A stretch of DNA of 47,428 nucleotides from a virus (Duplodnaviria > Heunggongvirae > Uroviricota > Caudoviricetes), in IMG/VR virus record IMGVR_UViG_2574180238_000003. The stretch is one strand, 5' to 3'. Positions 16,747 through 25,263 of the stretch are shown piece after piece; the first letter of the stretch is position 1; every line of letters starts with the position of its first letter. Made by a program: the position numbers and the translations under genes. Below the pieces are notes generated by a model that saw only the letters and a program-made list of their open reading frames with translations, did no database searches and was not told the origin of the DNA.

Positions 16747-16900
16747 GTGTCCTGGTTGCAGATTTCTTCATGGGGTAGGGTTCGGCAGTTAAAGCAGCGA
16801 TGGCGCTGGGGCGTCGTGCAACTGGCGTTGAGCTGGATACCGGGCGTTTTGAACAGACTGCGCAGGAAATCAGGGATGTATTTAGCGGGAGCGGTTTGCA
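16747..16900 (+). pseudogene. 3' fragment of a DNA methyltransferase gene (paralogous to 15216-15366), in-frame stop
   Basis: Nucleotide similarity to the 3' end of the intact methylase gene; translates as VLVADFFMG*GSAVKAAMALGRRATGVELDTGRFEQ... Confidence 0.7.
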
Positions 16901-16970
16901 GAAGTAATCTCCCAAAATGCCATTTTTGGAATATACTGGTATTAAGTCTTTTTGCTCAGGTTAATTCAAA

Positions 16971-17696
16971 ATGGATGTTGCCTGCTCTGTGGTCCTGATT
17001 CGCTATCCGATAGATATTTTTCTTGAAAAAGAAAAAGTTTCACTCGATGCCGGAAGTGTTATGCTTGTTGCCAGAAATATAAGAGGGCTTTTCTGTGCTT
17101 ATGCCGACAGAGTGAAAATGGCAGATATAAGTAACAGCGTCGTCAATCAGTATCTGGAAAGGGAGTGTGAACTGACGGAGTATACACCGACAAAAATGCC
17201 TCTTTATTTGATGTCTGATATTTACAATACGGAACTGGCGGAGGCTTTAATAACCCAGCATAGTGAATCCAGTGATACTTTGAAGGATTTCTCTGTTATA
17301 ACCGCATTTTCATGTATCTCCTTATTTGCAACAGACAGACGTCTGCCATTATTTTTGTCCGGTGCTGTAAATAATATCAGCTGTAAAGTAAGGGCTATAA
17401 TTCAGACCGACATATCGGCAGGCTGGATGCTTGGTGTGATTGCATTACAATTGCATATGAGCGAAAGCTTGTTGAAGCGAAAACTTAAGGATGAAGGTTA
17501 TAGCTTTAGTCGGTTGTTGCTGGAGGAGCGAATGCGTGTTGCTGTTAATCTTGTATGTTTCCAGCGAGAGTGTGGACAAGCGATAGCGGAAAAATGTGGT
17601 TACTCAAGTAAGTCCTACTTCATTTCTGTATTTCACCAGTATTATGGTGCACCACCTGAGAGCTATGCATATTTGCAGAAAGCAGACGTTATCTGA
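16971..17696 (+). CDS. AraC-family transcriptional regulator
   Basis: 241-aa ORF; C-terminal AraC-type dual HTH (GWMLGVIALQLHMSESLLKRKLKDEGYSFSRLLLEERMRVAVNLV...KCGYSSKSYFISVFHQYYGAPPESY); AT-rich gene in the accessory block. Confidence 0.8.
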   Translation: MDVACSVVLIRYPIDIFLEKEKVSLDAGSVMLVARNIRGLFCAYADRVKMADISNSVVNQYLERECELTEYTPTKMPLYLMSDIYNTELAEALITQHSESSDTLKDFSVITAFSCISLFATDRRLPLFLSGAVNNISCKVRAIIQTDISAGWMLGVIALQLHMSESLLKRKLKDEGYSFSRLLLEERMRVAVNLVCFQRECGQAIAEKCGYSSKSYFISVFHQYYGAPPESYAYLQKADVI

Positions 17697-17785
17697 TGTT
17701 TTTTCATCAGGCATATATTGATTGACTGTATTAGATATAGTCTGAATGTGTTCAGCATAAAAAGTTATAATCATTTGGTGTTTGC

Positions 17786-18064
17786 GTGAATATTGATGAG
17801 AAAATCAGATGTAGCCAACTGTTACAGCGTATTGAAGCCGTCAATGTGGAACGAACAAAGGTCTTCAGTCGTCTGACAGTTTTATTTTGTACCCCTGATC
17901 GACGTTCAGGTCAGGAGATGGTTCTTCTGGATGTAGATGCACTTCGGAACGTCTGTGAGGAGTTCACCGCGGCTAATTCGGAGTTACTGAGTCTTGTTCA
18001 GGAGTACAACAGAATTGCAGGTAGTAACGGTTTTGATGAAATCAAAATTATATCCCGTGGATAA
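17786..18064 (+). CDS. Hypothetical protein
   Basis: 92-aa ORF (GTG start, or ATG 17796) downstream of the AraC gene. Confidence 0.35.
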   Translation: MNIDEKIRCSQLLQRIEAVNVERTKVFSRLTVLFCTPDRRSGQEMVLLDVDALRNVCEEFTAANSELLSLVQEYNRIAGSNGFDEIKIISRG

Positions 18065-18304
18065 AACATATCCTGTATATTTATGTTGTTACATACAGGC
18101 GCTTTTAGTATCTGCCGCACGGCAGTTGTACTTCAGAATAAGATGCTTTTGTGACTGGTGGTGTTGTATCTGGGGTTAGCCAGTAGGCAGGTTCAGAGAG
18201 TCCGGTGGTAATTATGTGTATGCAGTGGTTGTTGCTGTACCGTGGGCAAGTTCTGGAACTGGCTTCGTCCATTGTAGATGATTGTTAGCTGGATATCAGT
18301 TACC

Positions 18305-18548
18305 TCATGGAAATGTTAAATGACTCACAATTCGGTTGATGGGCTATTGTCTGATCGATGGAAGTCTTGTAAAAACGAGCCAGCATAGTGAATCCCCCTG
18401 TGCGGAGGGGCGTCTGACATGGTCTCCATAGCGATGGTCACAATACGCAGATTCAGTAGTCAGGCTGAATCTACCGGGAGGCACCCGGCACTATGCTGCT
18501 TATGGTGTATACATAGCGATCGGCCCCTCTCCGGAGGGGCTTTTTTTG
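18305..18548 (+). repeat. Structured repeat unit 2 of 4
   Basis: Same block order as unit 1; long-range helix gcatagtg (18383-18390) / cactatgc (18489-18496) carries a compensatory base-pair change relative to unit 1; terminator gcccctctccggaggggc plus T7. Confidence 0.6.
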
Positions 18549-18564
18549 TGCGGGAAAAGGCTGT

Positions 18565-18806
18565 GTTGTTAAGTGTTAAATTCCTCACAGTTCAGATGGT
18601 TGATGCTTGCCTGTCTGAGGGGGCGTTGTTAAAAAAGTTCTGCATGGTGAATCCCCCTGAGCGGAGGGGCATATCAGCGCAGGTGTTTCTACTCTATCCT
18701 TTCTGTGCGGGTTCAGGTGCTGATACTGAACTCATCGGGAGGCACCCGGCATCATGCATATGGTTAACAGACACGTAGCGAAGCCCCTCTCCGGAGGGGC
18801 TTTTTT
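18565..18806 (+). repeat. Structured repeat unit 3 of 4
   Basis: Same blocks; helix gcatggtg / catcatgc (G-U wobble); terminator gcccctctccggaggggc plus T6. Confidence 0.6.
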
Positions 18807-18824
18807 ATGCAGGGAAAAGGCTGT

Positions 18825-19062
18825 GTTGTGAAATGTTAAATTCCTCACAATTCATGAGGTTGATGATTGTCTGATTGATGAGGAGTTTGTTAAAAAAAAC
18901 GGGCATGGTGAATCCCCCTGTGCGGAGGGGTGATATCGTATCATTTCCTGTGTGGCCGACTGATATCACGGACATTTGTTCACCGGGAGGCACCCGGCAC
19001 CATGCAGTATACAGAGATTAGGCATACATCCAGGCTCCTCATCGCAGGAGCCTTTTTACATG
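18825..19062 (+). repeat. Structured repeat unit 4 of 4
   Basis: Same blocks; helix gcatggtg / caccatgc; different terminator sequence (ggctcctcatcgcaggagcc plus T5) in the same position. Confidence 0.6.
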
Positions 19063-19291
19063 TAAAAAAAAAAACGCTCCTGGGAAGAGCGGTTGGCAAG
19101 GAAGCAAGGAATAAATAACAAAACGTGAAGTAATTTATTCAGCACCCTAATAATACCTTAGAGTAATCACATTGCGCAACTGTAAGGGCGTATTTCTTTT
19201 TTGCGGGCTGTTTTTCTGTGTGACTTTTGTGTTTCCGGAGGTCAGCCCGTGCCTTCTCTGACTCAGAACATTATCCCGGCCGGGAGGATTC

Positions 19292-21256
19292 ATGGCATTT
19301 AAACACTACGATGTGGTCAGGGCGGCATCGCCGTCAGACCTTGCTGAACGACTGACACAAAAACTGAAGGAGGGCTGGCAGCCATTTGGCAGTCCGGTGG
19401 CCATCACGCCTTATACCCTGATGCAGGCCATTGCGGCGGAAGGTGATGTCACCACACCAGTGGCGGTGACCGGTAATGAGGGTAAGGCGGTGGCTGTCAG
19501 TGCCACCAGCGACCCGGAGTATTACTTTGTTGTGGTTCTGGCAGGGCAGTCAAATGGCATGTCGTATGGTGAAGGTCTTCCGCTGCCGGAGACATATGAC
19601 CGTCCGGACCCGCGCATTAAGCAGCTGGCGCGCCGCAGTACGGTGACACCGGGCGGTGCAGCATGCAAATATAACGACATCATTCCGGCGGACCATTGTC
19701 TGCATGATGTGCAGGACATGAGCCGCCTTAACCATCCGAAAGCGGACCTGTCAAAGGGGCAGTACGGTACCGTGGGGCAGGGGCTGCATATCGCCAAAAA
19801 ACTGCTGCCGTTTATACCGGCGAATGCGGGTATTCTGCTGGTTCCGTGCTGTCGTGGGGGTTCAGCGTTCACCACCGGAGCTGATGGCACATACAGTGAC
19901 GCTGGCGGTGCCTCGGAGAATTCAGCGCGCTGGGGTGTGGACAAGCCGCTGTATAAGGACCTTATCGGTCGAACAAAAGCAGCACTGAAGAAGAACCCGA
20001 AAAATGTGCTGTTTGCCGTGGTGTGGATGCAGGGGGAATTTGATTTTGACGGCACGCCCGGAAATCACGCAGCACAGTTTGGTGCGCTGGTTGATAAATT
20101 CCGTGCAGACCTGGCGGATATGGCAGGCCAGTGCGTCAGTGGCTCTGCTGGCGGTGTTCCCTGGATATGCGGGGACACGACGTATTTCTGGAAGCAGAAG
20201 AACGAATCCACGTACCAGACGGTGTACGGCAGCTATAAAAACAAAACGGAAAAGAATATCCATTTCGTACCGTTCATGACGGATGAGAACGGGGTGAATG
20301 TGCCGACGAACAAACCGGAAGAAGACCCGGACATTCCGGGTATCGGGTATTACGGTTCGAAATGGCGTGACAGCTCAGCCCCCTGGACGTCACAGGACAG
20401 GGCGAGCCATTTCAGCACCTGGGCACGCCGGGGGATTATTTCCGACCGTCTGGCAACGGCGATTCTGGTGCACGCCGGGAGAACCGCTGAATTCATTACC
20501 GGAAAACAGCCTGATATGGTGAAGCCCACCGTACCTTCCGGTGAAGGTCCGGAGAGAGAGGCGGAAGCCCCGGTCAGTAACCGAACCCTGATGAGTCTGC
20601 TGGCATCCGGCGAAGACCTGGCATCACAGGGCTGGCGCTATTATCACAAACCGGCGGGCGGGGACAGTGTTAACAAAAACATTGCTGAAGCGGTGGTCAG
20701 TGATGCGGGGGCTACGGGAGGTAAGGCTCTGCAACTGAACAAACCGGAAAACCACATCTGGTTTCTGGAGCATGATGCAGCCGGACAGGGTGCGGAGTTA
20801 CTGAAGAAGGGCGGACGTGTGAGCGTACGGTTTAAGTTGCCGGGTTCACTGGTGCCGAATCAGTTTGCCCTGGGCATTTACTGGCAGTTGTCGTCCCTGC
20901 CGGAGGGGGTGACGCTGTCAGGAGAAGGTAACGATATGCTGATGTCTTTCTTCCTGCAGACGGATACGACGAACCTGAACGCGATGCATCACAGGAAGCC
21001 GAATGCGAAGCTGGATACATTCGGGGTCTTTGATAACGGATGGCACACGCTGGCTTTTGAGTTTGCCGGAAACAACAGCATTCAGGTGACACCAGTACTG
21101 GATGAGAAACGGGGAGCGGCGTTCACACTGGTGAAGTCACCGGCATCGGGGGCGGCGGACAAACTGCAACTGACCGATATATCAAAATCGGCGACGTATA
21201 CGCTGCTGATTGACAGCATTGCGGTGGAAGTGAACAGCACAGACACTGCGGCATGA
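19292..21256 (+). CDS. NanS-p-type sialate O-acetylesterase (SGNH/SASA hydrolase)
   Basis: 654-aa ORF; GQSN catalytic motif (VVVLAGQSNGMSYGEG); location between Q/tRNAs and the lysis cassette as in Stx-type lambdoid phages. Confidence 0.75.
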   Translation: MAFKHYDVVRAASPSDLAERLTQKLKEGWQPFGSPVAITPYTLMQAIAAEGDVTTPVAVTGNEGKAVAVSATSDPEYYFVVVLAGQSNGMSYGEGLPLPETYDRPDPRIKQLARRSTVTPGGAACKYNDIIPADHCLHDVQDMSRLNHPKADLSKGQYGTVGQGLHIAKKLLPFIPANAGILLVPCCRGGSAFTTGADGTYSDAGGASENSARWGVDKPLYKDLIGRTKAALKKNPKNVLFAVVWMQGEFDFDGTPGNHAAQFGALVDKFRADLADMAGQCVSGSAGGVPWICGDTTYFWKQKNESTYQTVYGSYKNKTEKNIHFVPFMTDENGVNVPTNKPEEDPDIPGIGYYGSKWRDSSAPWTSQDRASHFSTWARRGIISDRLATAILVHAGRTAEFITGKQPDMVKPTVPSGEGPEREAEAPVSNRTLMSLLASGEDLASQGWRYYHKPAGGDSVNKNIAEAVVSDAGATGGKALQLNKPENHIWFLEHDAAGQGAELLKKGGRVSVRFKLPGSLVPNQFALGIYWQLSSLPEGVTLSGEGNDMLMSFFLQTDTTNLNAMHHRKPNAKLDTFGVFDNGWHTLAFEFAGNNSIQVTPVLDEKRGAAFTLVKSPASGAADKLQLTDISKSATYTLLIDSIAVEVNSTDTAA

Positions 21257-21625
21257 TAAAAAAGCCGCCAGTTACCGGAATGGACTGGCGGGGGAGCTCT
21301 ATGGACACTCCAGAGAAACATTTTTGTACATGAATATTTTCAAATGAAAAATATTCTTATTGTCAATATGTGTCAGCGGTATTTGCGGGGCAAAAAAAAT
21401 CCACCAGTAAGCACAGGGAGAAATGCGTCATGCTTCTGGTGGAAATAGTACGGCTGTGAGGTTTTATTGTTATGCATGCCATAATTTTTCTACACAAAAG
21501 CGATTCTTAATGTCAACACGTTTGACAGGGAATTGTTGGGCACTCAGAGTAACTACACGAGGCTGTCAGTGGAGCACTGGCGGCCTTTTTCATGTTGTGA
21601 GCTTCCGGATTGCGGGAGACGGGGT

Positions 21626-21841
21626 ATGTACCAGATGGAAAAAATCACAACAGGTGTGTCATACACCACGTCAGCGGTGGGAACGGGCTACTGGTTCCTG
21701 CAGTTGCTGGACAGGGTTTCCCCGTCTCAGTGGGCGGCAATAGGCGTGCTGGGGAGTCTGCTGTTTGGTCTGCTGACGTACCTGACGAACCTGTATTTCA
21801 AAATCAGAGAGGACCGGCGTAAGGCGGCACGGGGAGAGTAA
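21626..21841 (+). CDS. Holin (class II, phage 21 S-like pinholin) with dual-start motif
   Basis: [71 protein letters not shown] closely matches recalled S21; two Met starts three codons apart. Confidence 0.85.
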   Translation: MYQMEKITTGVSYTTSAVGTGYWFLQLLDRVSPSQWAAIGVLGSLLFGLLTYLTNLYFKIREDRRKAARGE

Positions 21842-21845
21842 GCTG

Positions 21846-22379
21846 ATGAGCAGGAAACTCCGCTATGGTTTATCGGCTGCCGTTCTGGCGCTGATTGCCG
21901 CAGGTGCTTCTGCGCCTGAAATCCTCGACCAGTTTCTGGATGAAAAGGAAGGCAACCACACCACGGCATACCGTGATGGTGCGGGTATCTGGACCATCTG
22001 CCGAGGTGCCATCATGGTGGATGGCAAGCCTGTTATTCCTGGCATGAAGCTGTCGAAGGGGAAATGCGACCGGGTTAACGCCATTGAGCGTGATAAGGCG
22101 CTGGCATGGGTGGCGAAAAACATCAAAGTGCCACTGACTGAACCCCAGAAAGCGGGTATTGCGTCATTCTGTCCTTACAACATTGGCCCGGGTAAGTGTT
22201 TCCCGTCGACGTTTTATAAGCGGCTTAATGCCGGTGATCGTAAAGGTGCCTGTGAGTCGATTCGCTGGTGGATTAAGGACGGTGGGCGTGATTGCCGCAC
22301 ACGTTCAAATAACTGCTACGGACAGGTTATTCGTCGTGACCAGGAAAGCGCATTAGCCTGTTGGGGGATAGATCAGTGA
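21846..22379 (+). CDS. SAR endolysin (T4-lysozyme family, GH24)
   Basis: 177-aa ORF; N-terminal signal-anchor-release segment ([15 protein letters not shown]) followed by an E..D..T lysozyme core ([20 protein letters not shown]). Confidence 0.85.
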   Translation: MSRKLRYGLSAAVLALIAAGASAPEILDQFLDEKEGNHTTAYRDGAGIWTICRGAIMVDGKPVIPGMKLSKGKCDRVNAIERDKALAWVAKNIKVPLTEPQKAGIASFCPYNIGPGKCFPSTFYKRLNAGDRKGACESIRWWIKDGGRDCRTRSNNCYGQVIRRDQESALACWGIDQ

Positions 22380-22813
22380 GAAGAGTAGCCGCGATTATCT
22401 CCGCTCTGGTTATTTGCATCATCGTCTGCCTGTCATGGGCTGTTAATCATTACCGTGATAACGCCATTACCTATAAAGAACAGCGCGATAAAGCCAGGTA
22501 CATCATCGCTGACATGCAGAAGCGTCAACGTGATGTAGCAGAACTTGACGCCAGATACACAAAGGAGCTTGCTGATGCTAACGCGACTATCGAAAGTCTC
22601 CGTGCTGATGTTTCTGCTGGGCGTAAGCGCCTGCAAGTCGCCGCCACCTGTGCAAAGTCAACGACCGGAGCCAGCAGCATGGGCGATGGAGAAAGCCCAG
22701 GACTTACAGCAGATGCTGAACTCAATTATTACCGTCTCCGAAGTGGAATCGACAAGATAACCGCGCAGGTCAACTACCTGCAGGAGTACATCAGGACGCA
22801 GTGCTTAAAATAA
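22376..22813 (+). CDS. Rz (i-spanin)
   Basis: [34 protein letters not shown]... matches recalled lambda Rz; GTG start overlaps the endolysin stop. Confidence 0.85.
   Translation: MRRVAAIISALVICIIVCLSWAVNHYRDNAITYKEQRDKARYIIADMQKRQRDVAELDARYTKELADANATIESLRADVSAGRKRLQVAATCAKSTTGASSMGDGESPGLTADAELNYYRLRSGIDKITAQVNYLQEYIRTQCLK
22575..22760 (+). CDS. Rz1 (o-spanin lipoprotein), embedded in Rz in the +1 frame
   Basis: Lipobox LGVSAC followed by a proline-rich segment ([13 protein letters not shown]), fully nested in Rz. Confidence 0.75.
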   Translation: MLTRLSKVSVLMFLLGVSACKSPPPVQSQRPEPAAWAMEKAQDLQQMLNSIITVSEVESTR

Positions 22814-22850
22814 TTTTAATTTCACTGAAATTTAATACGTGACTTTCAGG

Positions 22851-22880
22851 AAAATGCCTCGCAGATGCGGGGCATTTTTG
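22851..22880 (+). terminator. Intrinsic terminator after lysis cassette
   Basis: atgcctcgc-agatg-cggggcat hairpin followed by ttttt. Confidence 0.6.
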
Positions 22881-23229
22881 TACAGGTATTTCACCGCGCA
22901 TCGCAGCGCACTCAACCACGTCGAACCAAACCCTTTGGAATGAGCCTTTGAGTAGTCAGTTAGTGCTGGTGAGCCTTGACGGGCTGATCTCCTATGCAGC
23001 AAAGGTTCATCTCAAAGTAAGGCGAACGCTATGACAAACCAAGATTCTATAGACCTATCTGATCTTCGTGGAATGGTCAGTTTTCCAGACAAAAGGTAAT
23101 CACCATAGTCGTATGGCTATGAATCTTGTTGCTGCAGATAAGCATTTTGTGATTGAAGTGGTCAAATCTCTCAAATGCAGTAAAATGCAGTGCGCTATAA
23201 TTCAATAACGGAGGGAGTAAGGAGAAGTC

Positions 23230-23850
23230 ATGAAAGATCAAGATGTTAGGTTCGCGGTGCATCATAAGCTTTTGAAAGAATCGCATTTAGATCCAGACTG
23301 CCTTGTGGTCGATGAATTTTCCATATCCCTTGGCGCCAGTAGAGCAGACATTGCTGTAATAAATGGTGTTATACACGGGTACGAGCTCAAAAGTGAATAT
23401 GACTCTTTGGAGCGTTTGCCTCTTCAAATCAAGCATTATTCTTCTGTAATGGACAAGGTTACTCTTGTCGTAGCTGAGAAACATCTTGAGGGAGCATTAA
23501 AGTTAATCCCAGGTTGGTGGGGCGTTAAAACGGTTTCTGTTGGGTCAAAAGGCGCCATTCTTATAAAGCACATGCGTGGAGAAAAGCTTAATCGAAACCA
23601 TGACACATTGATGCTCGCTCAATTGCTTTGGAAAGATGAATGTATCGACGTACTTGAACGATGGGGCTATTCCAAAGGAATCAAAAGCAAGCCCCGATTT
23701 GAGTTATGGAATATTATTGCGGAAAATATTCCAATAGCGAATCTCAGGCTTGAAGTCAGAACAGCCTTAAAGAAACGCGTAGGCTGGAAAGTTAAGGCTT
23801 GGCAGGCTGAGTCTGCGCCAACCAATAAAGCTGTCTCACGACTAACGTAA
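23230..23850 (+). CDS. Hypothetical protein with PD-(D/E)xK-like nuclease motif
   Basis: 206-aa ORF with a strong Shine-Dalgarno (GGAGGGAGTAAGGAGAAG before the ATG); putative active-site elements RADIAVINGVIHGYELKSE (D...ExK); AT-rich; convergent with and overlapping the next gene. Confidence 0.6.
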   Translation: MKDQDVRFAVHHKLLKESHLDPDCLVVDEFSISLGASRADIAVINGVIHGYELKSEYDSLERLPLQIKHYSSVMDKVTLVVAEKHLEGALKLIPGWWGVKTVSVGSKGAILIKHMRGEKLNRNHDTLMLAQLLWKDECIDVLERWGYSKGIKSKPRFELWNIIAENIPIANLRLEVRTALKKRVGWKVKAWQAESAPTNKAVSRLT

Positions 23851-24859
23851 TATGGTGCGTATGTGCAACTTTACGCCATTCTTTAGAGCCGCCAGATTTG
23901 TTAGCGCCTAATGATCTTTGGTAAATGTAATCATCCCCCCAACTAAATTTGGAGCCAAAGACTTGATACTCTGGCGAACTAACAAGGGTAGTACATAAGT
24001 TTTTAGTTTGGCCCCATCCATTTCCTTTAACTGCGGTACCTTTTACAAAGATCCATGAGGTATCGTTCGAATATCTCACTGAGACATACTGAGACATGAA
24101 GCGTGGGTCTACGCTCGTAATGGTAGAGCTAGCGGTGGGATAATCACTAAAACTTGGCGTTCTTCCATTGCTAAAATTCTGTACTACGTACATCCAAAGA
24201 TCGTATTCATGGCGCGGAATATGATGAACTTGATGTTGCGGTATCCCTGCCTGTGATGCCGGGTATGCGGTTGAAGATAAAATCAAGTTTCTCCACGGAG
24301 CTTGGCCTGATAATGTGTTGACCATGCTTAATGCTTGTTGTTTTAAACTATCAGTTGCGTTTTGAATATCTCCAAAATCAATGATTACATCAATTAAACT
24401 AGGATGAATATTTAAGTGGTTAACCAGACTTGTGAATTGGTGCCATGTCTGGGGGGTGATAGATATAGCGAGCCCATTGATTAAGTTGCGTTGAACAGCA
24501 TGTATATAGTTTGTTGAATATGTGGGAGAAACAACAGGGATAATTTCCTTACCATTTACTCTAGCATCTTGGATACACATATCTAGAGGATGATGGCGGC
24601 TCGAACCATGTTTATCTAAATATTTAACATCCAGCAAAACAGGACGATTGGCTTTCCAGGATGCCGCAAGGTTAATACCGAAGTCAGATAAGTAAGAACT
24701 CAAACTCTTCTTGTAGCATTCGTTTTCATAATCCCAGTCTATGTCTGGAATGGTAATGATCGGAGTAAAACCAGAGAGCGTAGTTTGATCTAAAAGCATC
24801 AGAGATTCATATTCAGCAGGCTTCCATTTCAGCTGTGGATAATATTGATGTTGACTCAT
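23792..24859 (-). CDS. Hypothetical protein (355 aa), partner of the PD-(D/E)xK-like gene
   Basis: Minus-strand ORF with an AAGGAG Shine-Dalgarno upstream; its 3' end overlaps the plus-strand gene by 59 bp; no recognisable motifs; AT-rich promoter region at 24860-25060. Confidence 0.6.
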   Translation of the reverse strand: MSQHQYYPQLKWKPAEYESLMLLDQTTLSGFTPIITIPDIDWDYENECYKKSLSSYLSDFGINLAASWKANRPVLLDVKYLDKHGSSRHHPLDMCIQDARVNGKEIIPVVSPTYSTNYIHAVQRNLINGLAISITPQTWHQFTSLVNHLNIHPSLIDVIIDFGDIQNATDSLKQQALSMVNTLSGQAPWRNLILSSTAYPASQAGIPQHQVHHIPRHEYDLWMYVVQNFSNGRTPSFSDYPTASSTITSVDPRFMSQYVSVRYSNDTSWIFVKGTAVKGNGWGQTKNLCTTLVSSPEYQVFGSKFSWGDDYIYQRSLGANKSGGSKEWRKVAHTHHITLVVRQLYWLAQTQPAKP

Positions 24860-25059
24860 TAAAACTCCTTAAAATCTTTACTTATTCTAAGTATAGTGTT
24901 ATAGCGTAACGCCAATTGTTTTTATACAATTGAAAACATTGGGAAAAGTTGAGCTATATCTAAATTTACAAAATTGGATGTTATAGAAATCGAGGTTTCA
25001 ACTAGGCATGGAACTGCAAAATTTTTAATGCCTGCACGCGAAAGTCGTTGGCGGGTCCT

Positions 25060-25263
25060 TTCCGGTGATCCAGACCGTTACGGGGCGGCGACCTCGCGGG
25101 GTTTCACTATTTATGAAAATTTTTCGGGAAAAAGCAGATCCGTTCTTCTTCTTTTTAACTGATTGATTATCAATAGAATATTAAAAATATAAAAGGATCT
25201 AACAAAGGCTGTTTTTGTCCGAAAATGCCATTTTCAGATCCTTTCTGGTTTCCAGAGGAGTGT
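25060..25263 (+). other. cos site (cosN/cosB), lambda-like
   Basis: ggggcggcgacctcgcggggtttcactatttatgaaaatttttcgg matches the recalled lambda left end (GGGCGGCGACCTCGCGGGTTTTCGCTATTTATGAAAATTTTCCGG); cohesive-end sequence at 25083-25094; immediately upstream of Nu1. Confidence 0.85.

Noticed and set aside
16562-18778. ORFs (117 aa minus, 83 aa plus, 119 aa plus) spanning the structured repeat units
   Set aside because: They run across the conserved hairpin/terminator blocks and differ between repeat copies; conservation follows RNA structure, not a reading frame.
16335-19062. Possibility that the repeats are a CRISPR array
   Set aside because: Units are about 240 bp with internal structure and terminators, not 28-37-bp direct repeats separated by unique spacers; no cas genes.
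15569-19291. Shiga toxin genes downstream of the tRNAs
   Set aside because: This is the stx position in Stx phages, but no A/B toxin ORFs are present; the interval holds a lipoprotein, an AraC regulator and the repeats.
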